Shown here: piece by piece, positions 1-6,411 of the stretch
How positions within the stretch are numbered: position 1 is the stretch's first letter
Layout of the letters: each line of letters opens with the position of its first letter
Assembly: GCA_029932645.1 (NCBI GenBank)
Contig: JAOZPR010000004.1
Coordinates: 26,048 to 43,453, forward strand
Length of the DNA stretch: 17,406 nt
From: Candidatus Aenigmatarchaeota archaeon
GTDB lineage: Archaea; Aenigmatarchaeota; Aenigmatarchaeia; GW2011-AR5; JAGGXF01
Direction: 5' to 3'
The notes under the pieces: generated by a model
What the model was told of the DNA's origin: nothing
Database searches by the model: none
The model's input: the letters and a program-made list of their open reading frames with translations, nothing else
Program-made: the position numbers and the translations under genes

Positions 1-2
1 AA

Positions 3-773
3 ATAAATGAACTTCTCGCGCAGGGCGGTGGAATCGTAGCTATCGCTAATTTGACAGCAGGCCAAACTAACGACGGAATATTTAACACCATATTCAATCT
101 TTCATGGAACTCTGGCGGTAGTGGTAGCAGCAATAGTGTATTCAATGATATAACAGACCCGCGTAACGTGTCGTATAAAATAGCAGACTACTTTGTTTCT
201 GTGCCGTTTAGAGTTAACACGTCTTATGATCACGAAGGAGAATTCTATATACACGGCAACGAGCACACGATAGAAACATATTATAATTCCACAGGCGAAT
301 ATGCTATATTTAATACTAAATATTATGAAGAGGGTGATATCATTGTTGTGGACGACGTGCCTGTAAAAGTTGTCCGTATAAACGCCAATGTTTCGCTGCC
401 GGAGTTTGAGTCTGTCGACCTGTCTATAATAAATGCAAGCTATGAATTTTATGGCCTGCCTTGGGACGCGACTACAAATAAAATAGCAAAGGATAAAAAA
501 ACCGTGTTGGTTAGTGATGAACTGTCGTCTGTGAAGGCAAACTATTATATAACAAAATATGGTAAAGGCAGAACTGTGTGGATACCTGAGTATGAGAAAA
601 AATATACAGATATAAACCAACTGCTAAAGGCCTCCATATTGTGGGCGTCTGGTGAAGAATTCATTATCGATGATAAAACATTACCAAAACAGTATATGGA
701 AGTCAGCAGAATCATTAATGACAATGGTGTGTCTTATACAGTGAGCCTGTTGATATGGCGCATATTCTATTAA
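3..773 (+). CDS. 5'-truncated hypothetical protein, probably secreted or surface-located; C-terminal part only
   Basis: The frame is open from base 3 (INELLAQGGGIVAIAN...), so the TTG at 51 is probably not the start. It is N/S/T/Y-rich with several N-x-S/T sequons. The segments LAQGGGIV and YGKGRTVWI recall a class I glutamine-amidotransferase-like fold. It ends in a hydrophobic strand, TVSLLIWRIFY. Confidence 0.6.
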   Translation: MNELLAQGGGIVAIANLTAGQTNDGIFNTIFNLSWNSGGSGSSNSVFNDITDPRNVSYKIADYFVSVPFRVNTSYDHEGEFYIHGNEHTIETYYNSTGEYAIFNTKYYEEGDIIVVDDVPVKVVRINANVSLPEFESVDLSIINASYEFYGLPWDATTNKIAKDKKTVLVSDELSSVKANYYITKYGKGRTVWIPEYEKKYTDINQLLKASILWASGEEFIIDDKTLPKQYMEVSRIINDNGVSYTVSLLIWRIFY

Positions 774-875
774 GGCCTGTTCTAATTACTAATTATTATT
801 AACTATTAACAATGACTAATATTGTTGACATTGCTTATTGTTGTTGATTGCTTCTGATTGGCCGCTTCTGACACA

Positions 876-889
876 ACAGCTTTATTAGC
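876..889 (+). promoter_or_regulatory. Putative TATA box for the nmd3 operon
   Basis: ACAGCTTTATTAGC; TTTATT begins at 881, 29 nt before the ATG at 910, which has no SD. This fits a leaderless or short-leader transcript. Confidence 0.35.
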
Positions 890-909
890 TTTCCCGAAAA
901 AATATAATC

Positions 910-1545
910 ATGTTTTGCATCAGATGTGGAAAGCCAGCCTGGAAAGATAACTTGTGTAAAAAATGTTTTTTAGAAACACACAAGCTCTTTGAGCTAAAGG
1001 TGCCCGTCATAAAAATAAAAGAATGTGAGTGCGGGCGATATTTTCTGAAAAAGTGGACAAAACCAAAAAAAAGTTTGGTTGATGATATAACAGAAAAAAA
1101 TATTAAAACCTTTGGCGAAGTTGTAAAAAAAGATGTTTCTTGGAAAAGACAGGGAAACAGGTATGTCGTAACAGTCAGGTTGTCTGGACTTGTTGGCGGG
1201 CTGAAAAAAGAGGAGGAAAAAGAGTATATTATAATTGCGAAAAAAAATGTTTGTGATGTCTGCACAAAAAAAAGAGGGAGCTATTACGAAGCCAAGATAC
1301 AGCTCCGCGGAGTTCCTTTGAAAAAGGCCTTGTCGGTAATACCAGAAAAGTATAATGATACTATAACCAAGGTGGAAAAAACAAAAAATGGTTTTAATAT
1401 ATATCTGTCTGATAAAAAAATAGCAGCAAGAATCATAAGAGAACTTAGACATCTAAATATGAAAATAAAAGCTTCGTACAAGCTTATTGGCATGAAAAAA
1501 GGTAAAAAGATATATCGGAACTATTATTCGGTAAGACTTCGGTAA
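910..1545 (+). CDS. nmd3: NMD3-family ribosome biogenesis protein, short form
   Basis: N-terminal FCxxCG...LCxxCF zinc knuckles, a further CxCG, and the CDVC...GSYYEAKIQLRG signature of archaeal Nmd3. Confidence 0.85.
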   Translation: MFCIRCGKPAWKDNLCKKCFLETHKLFELKVPVIKIKECECGRYFLKKWTKPKKSLVDDITEKNIKTFGEVVKKDVSWKRQGNRYVVTVRLSGLVGGLKKEEEKEYIIIAKKNVCDVCTKKRGSYYEAKIQLRGVPLKKALSVIPEKYNDTITKVEKTKNGFNIYLSDKKIAARIIRELRHLNMKIKASYKLIGMKKGKKIYRNYYSVRLR

Positions 1546-1574
1546 AATCTTCAATAAAAACTAGGTGAACGTAG

Positions 1575-1859
1575 ATGGAAGAAATACAGATGAGGGTCAG
1601 GACACCAAGGGGAAGACAACTGCTTGGAGTAGTTGAAGCTATGCTCGGTGCTGGAAAATTTAGAGTGAAATGCACGGATATGAAGATAAGAATATGCAGA
1701 ATACCCGGAAGGCTTAGAAGAAGGATGTGGGTCAGACAGTCTGCTGTTGTACTGGTGGAGCCATGGGAAATTCAGGGTGATGAAAGAGGGGACATCGTCT
1801 GGAGATATACAAAAACGCAAGCGAACTGGCTGCAGAGAAAGGGACTGCTTGATATATAG
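1575..1859 (+). CDS. eif1a: Translation initiation factor aIF-1A
   Basis: GVVEAMLG...VKCTD...[16 protein letters not shown]...VLVEPW...RGDIVWRYT...WL is the typical aIF-1A pattern. SD AGGTGA lies upstream. Confidence 0.97.
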   Translation: MEEIQMRVRTPRGRQLLGVVEAMLGAGKFRVKCTDMKIRICRIPGRLRRRMWVRQSAVVLVEPWEIQGDERGDIVWRYTKTQANWLQRKGLLDI

Positions 1860-1885
1860 CAGCACGTTGTTCTTCTTGAGCGTGA

Positions 1886-2392
1886 TTGGTGGTTAAAATT
1901 ATAAAGCATGTTCTAATCCCAGAAGAAAGGGTTGCTGTTTTAATTGGCCGTGGTGGGTCTGTTAAGAAAGAGTTAGAAAAGCATGGTGTTAAAATAGCAA
2001 TCGAAAAGGAATGTGTCAAGATATCTGGAAACGCATTGAATGTCATGGTAGTAGAAAGTGTTGTTAAAGCCATTGCTCGGGGATTTTCGCCAGAAACGGC
2101 TTCATCTTTATTCAACGAAGAGAATGTCCTGCAAATAAGACCAATCGAGCTGGAAAAAAATCAGCTCAGAAGGATAAAAGCGAGAGTTATAGGAACGAAA
2201 GGCAAAACTAGAAAAAATCTTGAGTTGCTTACCAATACAAAAATGTCTATATATGGAAAAACAGTATCTATAATAGGCAGGCCAGATAATGTAAAGCTTT
2301 GTCTTGGGTCGATAGAAAAATTAATTAATGGGTCTTCACATAAGTTTGTATATCAGTATCTTGAAAAAAGGTGTCATCATAATGAGCAATGA
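1886..2392 (+). CDS. dim2: KH-domain 16S rRNA maturation protein Dim2/Pno1
   Basis: Two KH GxxG motifs (VLIGRGG, RVIGTKGKTR), AIARGFSPE and C-terminal GSSHKFVY. The start may be TTG 1886 or GTG 1889. Confidence 0.92.
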   Translation: MVVKIIKHVLIPEERVAVLIGRGGSVKKELEKHGVKIAIEKECVKISGNALNVMVVESVVKAIARGFSPETASSLFNEENVLQIRPIELEKNQLRRIKARVIGTKGKTRKNLELLTNTKMSIYGKTVSIIGRPDNVKLCLGSIEKLINGSSHKFVYQYLEKRCHHNEQ

Positions 2393-3968
2393 TAATAATG
2401 AAAAAACGGCAGAATATTTTGCAACGCAGCAGAAAGAAATATCTGTATCGCAGTTCTTTGAAAAGAATAAGCATTTGCTCGGTTTTGATAATCCGACAAA
2501 AGCCCTTCTCATGATAGTTAAAGAAGCTGTTGATAATAGTCTAGACGCGTGCGAAGAGGCAGAGACGGTGCCAAACATTAAGGTGGTTGTAAAAAACTCT
2601 GAAGGCAACAACTTCAGGGTATCTGTAACAGACAATGGCCCTGGGATTGTAAAAGAACAAATACCGAAAATCTTTGGTAAGTTGCTGTACGGCTCTAAGT
2701 TTCATCACCTAAAGCAAAGCAGGGGACAACAGGGCATTGGTATCAGCGCTGCTGTGCTGTTCTGTCAGCTGATGACAGGCAAGCCAGCTAAAATCTGGTC
2801 CAAAACAAGTAATAAAAAATATACACATTATTGTGAACTTTTGATAGACTCAAATAGAAACGAACCGGATGTTATAAAAGAGGAGGATATTGAAAATTCC
2901 GTGATAAAAGAGCATGGAACAAAAATAGAGATGGAAATTGTTGGCAGGTACAGACGAAAGCAAGGTGTTGATGACTACTTGAAACAAACATCAATATCAA
3001 ATCCGTTTGCAAAGATAACGTATCATAGTCCTGATGGGAAAAAAACTGTCTTTCCGAGATCTGTCACTAAACTCCCTAAACCTGCCAAAGAGATTAAACC
3101 ACATCCGTATGGCGTTGAGTTTGGTATTCTGGATAGAATGCTGAAAAAGACAAATGCAAAGACACTGGTTTCATTCTTAACAAAAGAGTTTTCCAGTGTC
3201 GGAAGCAAAGGTGCGAGGGAGATATGCAAGCTTGCCAAGCTAAAGAAATCCGCTTCACCAAGCTCTCTGAAAAGAGCCGAAATAAAAAAACTTCTTCTTG
3301 CTATGCAAAAAGTAAAGATACAAAGGCCGCCGCTGGACTGTATATCACCAATAGGCGAGGAAGAGTTCAAAAAGAGTCTTAAAAAAGAGTATCCCGAAGC
3401 TGAGTTTGTAACAGCAATTACAAGAGAGCCTGCTGTTTATAGAGGAACTCCGTTTCAAATCGAGGTCGGCCTGGCCTATGGCATTGATGGAAGAGACGAC
3501 AAGAGTGCAGAGATTCTAAGGTTTGCAAATCGTGTACCCCTGATGTATCAGGCTGGTGCCGGGGCTATACTAGAAGCTGTGAAAAAAACCGACTGGAAAC
3601 GCTATGGCCTTCAGCAACCAGCAGGCAGTATTCCATTGGGACCACTTATAATTGCTATTCACATGGCGTCTTCTTGGGTGCCCTTCATATCTGAAAGCAA
3701 GGAAGCTATAGCACCATACCCAAACATTGTTAAGGAGATCAAACTGGCTATTCAAGATGCTGGCAGAAAGTTGTCTTCATTTTTATCCGGAAAAAGGCGT
3801 TTGGGTGAACAAAAAAGAAGACTGCAGGCGTTTGAAAGGTATGCCACAGAGGTTGCTTACGCCTTATCAGAATTAACTGAAAAAAATAGAAAAGAGATAG
3901 AAAATAAAATAATCGAACTGATAAAAGAGAGAACCAAGCTAAGAAAAGATGGTGATGGTAATGAATGA
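2382..3968 (+). CDS. top6B: DNA topoisomerase VI subunit B
   Basis: GHKL motifs VKEAVDNSLDA, DNGPG and QSRGQQGIG, plus RFANRVPL and VPFISESKEA. Start placed at ATG 2382 because of the SD-like AGGTG at about 2369. Confidence 0.97.
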   Translation: MSNDNNEKTAEYFATQQKEISVSQFFEKNKHLLGFDNPTKALLMIVKEAVDNSLDACEEAETVPNIKVVVKNSEGNNFRVSVTDNGPGIVKEQIPKIFGKLLYGSKFHHLKQSRGQQGIGISAAVLFCQLMTGKPAKIWSKTSNKKYTHYCELLIDSNRNEPDVIKEEDIENSVIKEHGTKIEMEIVGRYRRKQGVDDYLKQTSISNPFAKITYHSPDGKKTVFPRSVTKLPKPAKEIKPHPYGVEFGILDRMLKKTNAKTLVSFLTKEFSSVGSKGAREICKLAKLKKSASPSSLKRAEIKKLLLAMQKVKIQRPPLDCISPIGEEEFKKSLKKEYPEAEFVTAITREPAVYRGTPFQIEVGLAYGIDGRDDKSAEILRFANRVPLMYQAGAGAILEAVKKTDWKRYGLQQPAGSIPLGPLIIAIHMASSWVPFISESKEAIAPYPNIVKEIKLAIQDAGRKLSSFLSGKRRLGEQKRRLQAFERYATEVAYALSELTEKNRKEIENKIIELIKERTKLRKDGDGNE

Positions 3969-5034
3969 TGTAACTAAAAAGCTGAATAGCCTAGGTGAAG
4001 ATATATTAAATGATATTGAAAAAGGAAAAAACCCAGGAATGGAAATACCGATAAGAAGCCTGTCTAATATAATTTATAATAAAAAAACGAAACAGCTTAC
4101 ATTAGGCAACAAAAAATTAAAAAGATCTTTCTTTAATGTGGCACACTCCAAAAAATTCATGCAAACACTCTTGGTTGCAGCATTCTGTAAATCTCTTGTA
4201 AAGGAAAATATACACACTAGTATAAGGGATATGTACTATAATCTGAAAAGAACATTCCCAGGTTCAAAAGAGAACACGTTCGATCAACAGTCAGAATCAG
4301 ACCCGATAATAGTCGACCTCGAGGTTATGCTTAATGTGTTACGTGAACAGCTCAGACTGACAACGGACAGAAAAGGCATTGTTGCTGGTAATGTGGTGAT
4401 AAGAGACCGCGGTGATTTAATCGACTGGTCAAAGCTTGGTTCTGGTGGCTGGTCTATACCATCGACTGTTGAGGAAGTTGAATTCAAAAAAGTTGATGCT
4501 GACTTCGTCTTGGTTATAGAAAAAAATGCTGGATTTGAGCGGTTGCATGAAGATAAATTTTGGAAAAAACATAACTGTATCTTAATCGGAACAGGTGGCC
4601 AAGCTGCCCGTGGAGCAAGGTTATTAATACAGAGATTATCAAGCGAGTTCGGCTTGCCTGTATATGTTTTTACAGATGGCGACCCATATGGGTGGTATAT
4701 ATATTCTGTTATAAAATCTGGTTCAATGAGTCTGGCACATGTATCTGACAGGATAAGTACACCAAACGCGAAGTTTATTGGACTAACCATAACAGACATA
4801 TTTAAGTTTAACCTGAAAAAGTGCACAATTAAGGCTAGGGAAGTCGATATAAAAAGAGCCGGAGAGCTTTTAAAGTACGAATGGTTTCAGAAGCCAGAGT
4901 GGCAGAAAGAGATAAACCTTATGATAGAAAAGGGAGTAAAGGCAGAAATAGAAGCCCTGTCCCACCGGGGCCTGAAGTTTATGTCTCAAACCTATTTGCC
5001 TGAAAAAATTAAAAACAAGGAATTCTTGCCATAG
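3961..5034 (+). CDS. top6A: DNA topoisomerase VI subunit A (Spo11-like)
   Basis: IRDMYY with the catalytic Tyr, TOPRIM motifs VIEKNA and TDGDPYG, and KAEIEAL. ATG 3961 follows GGTGAT and overlaps the top6B stop; 3949 and 3955 are alternative starts. Confidence 0.97.
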   Translation: MNDVTKKLNSLGEDILNDIEKGKNPGMEIPIRSLSNIIYNKKTKQLTLGNKKLKRSFFNVAHSKKFMQTLLVAAFCKSLVKENIHTSIRDMYYNLKRTFPGSKENTFDQQSESDPIIVDLEVMLNVLREQLRLTTDRKGIVAGNVVIRDRGDLIDWSKLGSGGWSIPSTVEEVEFKKVDADFVLVIEKNAGFERLHEDKFWKKHNCILIGTGGQAARGARLLIQRLSSEFGLPVYVFTDGDPYGWYIYSVIKSGSMSLAHVSDRISTPNAKFIGLTITDIFKFNLKKCTIKAREVDIKRAGELLKYEWFQKPEWQKEINLMIEKGVKAEIEALSHRGLKFMSQTYLPEKIKNKEFLP

Positions 5035-5129
5035 CCTCAAGAGAACTAACACAGGTAGAAGAGAACGTATTCAATTGTTTTGTCGGGTTGCGTTGATTAA
5101 CTTCTAGAGATAACTCAAATGCCTCTTCT

Positions 5130-5158
5130 AAAACTTTTTAAAACATTGCGCTTATATA
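5130..5158 (+). promoter_or_regulatory. Putative BRE/TATA promoter(s) of the tRNA-Asn/tRNA-Phe pair
   Basis: AAAACTTTTTAAAA (about 5130-5143) and TTATATA (5152-5158) lie upstream of the tRNA start at 5182. Confidence 0.5.
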
Positions 5159-5181
5159 CAACAAAGTAGAGACGAAGACGT

Positions 5182-5337
5182 GCCTTCGTAGCTTAGTGGT
5201 ACTTTGCTCCGAGAGCAGAAGCACCAAAGAGCGTTCGGCTGTTAATCTCTCGTTAGAAAAAACGGCAACCGAAAGGTCGCAGGTTCAAAAGCTAATGGCG
5301 GGTTGCGGCCCGTATGCTGATATTCCTGCCGAAGGCG
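5182..5337 (+). tRNA. trnN: tRNA-Asn(GTT) with three introns: D-loop (about 5202-5226/5228), 37/38 (5245-5267) and T-loop 59/60 (5290-5323)
   Basis: The spliced product folds by hand: acceptor GCCTTCG/CGAAGGC, D-stem GCTT/GAGC, anticodon stem TTCGG/CCGAA with loop CT-GTT-AA (anticodon 5241-5243), variable loop AGGTC, T-stem GCAGG/CCTGC, T-loop TTCAAAT, discriminator G5337. CCA is not encoded. Confidence 0.92.
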
Positions 5338-5339
5338 TT

Positions 5340-5510
5340 GGGACGATAGCTCAGCCTGGTGAGCCTTTTCCTAAATGAATTGGTGTGCAAAGCACATCGA
5401 TTTGGGAAAGAAAAGCTTCAATGAAAAAGAAGGGATCGGGTAAGAGAGCGCACGGCTGAAGTTTTTGGACAGATACCGTGTTGTCGTGGGTTCAAATCCC
5501 ACTCGTCCCA
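5340..5510 (+). tRNA. trnF: tRNA-Phe(GAA) with two introns: D-loop 19/20 (5360-5443, 84 nt) and 37/38 (5462-5474, 13 nt)
   Basis: Acceptor GGGACGA/TCGTCCC, spliced D-arm GCTC-AGCCTGG|GA-GAGC, anticodon stem CACGG/CCGTG with loop CT-GAA-GA (anticodon 5458-5460, G37), T-arm GTGGG-TTCAAAT-CCCAC, discriminator A5510. CCA is not encoded. Confidence 0.93.
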
Positions 5511-5530
5511 TGTTTTTCTATGCGCTTTTC
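5511..5530 (+). terminator. Oligo-T archaeal terminator after tRNA-Phe
   Basis: TGTTTTTCT...CTTTTC immediately follows the discriminator. Confidence 0.45.
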
Positions 5531-5625
5531 AGTGAACAATTACATTTACATTACACAGATTTTTGCTGTAAATATATGACAAAAAATCTAATAGATATAA
5601 AAAGTTTTCTGCTTAATATGTATCC

Positions 5626-6291
5626 ATGAAATATAGATATCGAGCAAAGAGAAGTAAATTTAAAGAAGTAGCAAAGGTGCAAAAATCTGGTTCTGGAGAG
5701 GATTTGGACCTAATTTTAGAGAAACTTCGAAGAATTGCAAATAACAAAACAGTTATTGCAACTGTTTTTATTGTAGTTGGTATATTTGCATTATATTCCA
5801 TAACAACAGCTGTGACTGGCTATTATGCTTATCAAGAGGACCTAGAAAACGAGCTGAACCAAACAAAACAAGACTTGGCAAATGCTAAGGCGTTACAAGA
5901 ACAGTGTAAGAAAGATTTAACAACTTGCTCTAGTGAGAAAGTAACCTACCTGACTGAATTGTCAGATACAAAAGGCTTCCTTGAAGCGTGCGAAGAAGAC
6001 AGAGATGATTATAAAAGAGAATGGAATGACTGTAAGGATGAGATTGATGCCATGAATGATGACTTGAACGAGTGTGAGGAAGACCGGGACGAATACAAGG
6101 ACAAATGGGATGATTGCAGGGATGATAAAGAGGCGCTCCAGAACGAGTATAACTCACTCAGAAACAACTACATAGAAGACAAGTGTTGTGCCGGATTCCC
6201 TGGACAGACAATATACTGGAAACTAAGTGGTCAAGAGATTCTGTGTGCGACAAACCAGACATCTGGTTACTCATCATACAACTGTCCATAG
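5626..6291 (+). CDS. Hypothetical single-pass membrane coiled-coil protein with periodic Cys and a C-terminal Cys cluster
   Basis: Basic N-terminus, one hydrophobic segment (VIATVFIVVGIFALYSI), an acidic heptad region with a 28-aa tandem repeat, and a C-terminal CC...C...C. Confidence 0.75.
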   Translation: MKYRYRAKRSKFKEVAKVQKSGSGEDLDLILEKLRRIANNKTVIATVFIVVGIFALYSITTAVTGYYAYQEDLENELNQTKQDLANAKALQEQCKKDLTTCSSEKVTYLTELSDTKGFLEACEEDRDDYKREWNDCKDEIDAMNDDLNECEEDRDEYKDKWDDCRDDKEALQNEYNSLRNNYIEDKCCAGFPGQTIYWKLSGQEILCATNQTSGYSSYNCP

Positions 6292-6308
6292 CTTGTGAGT
6301 AGTTCTGA

Positions 6309-6324
6309 ACAAAGTTTTAAAAAA
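6309..6324 (+). promoter_or_regulatory. Putative BRE/TATA element upstream of endA
   Basis: ACAAAGTTTTAAAAAA has the same AAAG/C-TTTT(T)AA form as the elements at about 5130 and 8154. Confidence 0.4.
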
Positions 6325-6360
6325 CATTAAAGTAATTTTAAATAGGTAATTTTAGCTATG

Positions 6361-6400
6361 CTTAGTACTATGATAATTAATTTAGCACTATGATAATTAA
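6361..6400 (+). repeat. 20-bp tandem direct repeat (2 copies) in the endA leader
   Basis: CTTAGTACTATGATAATTAA and TTTAGCACTATGATAATTAA are 18/20 identical. Confidence 0.85.
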
Positions 6401-6411
6401 TGGTGATATTA

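Noticed and set aside
2328..2381. Extended top6B N-terminus from the ORF track
   Set aside because: It overlaps dim2 by 65 nt; ATG 2382 has an SD-like site and matches where homology begins.
5196..5378. 60-aa + strand ORF
   Set aside because: It overlaps tRNA-Asn and tRNA-Phe and is spurious.
5360..5443. C/D-box guide RNA inside the tRNA-Phe intron
   Set aside because: No RUGAUGA or CUGA boxes were found in the intron.
5182..5510. Split or permuted tRNA genes
   Set aside because: All exons are collinear and in normal order, so ordinary cis introns explain both genes.
5511..6400. Element integrated at tRNA-Phe
   Set aside because: There is no integrase and no duplicated tRNA 3' end (att site) in the window.
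6361..6400. CRISPR array
   Set aside because: Only two abutting 20-bp copies with no spacer, and no cas genes.
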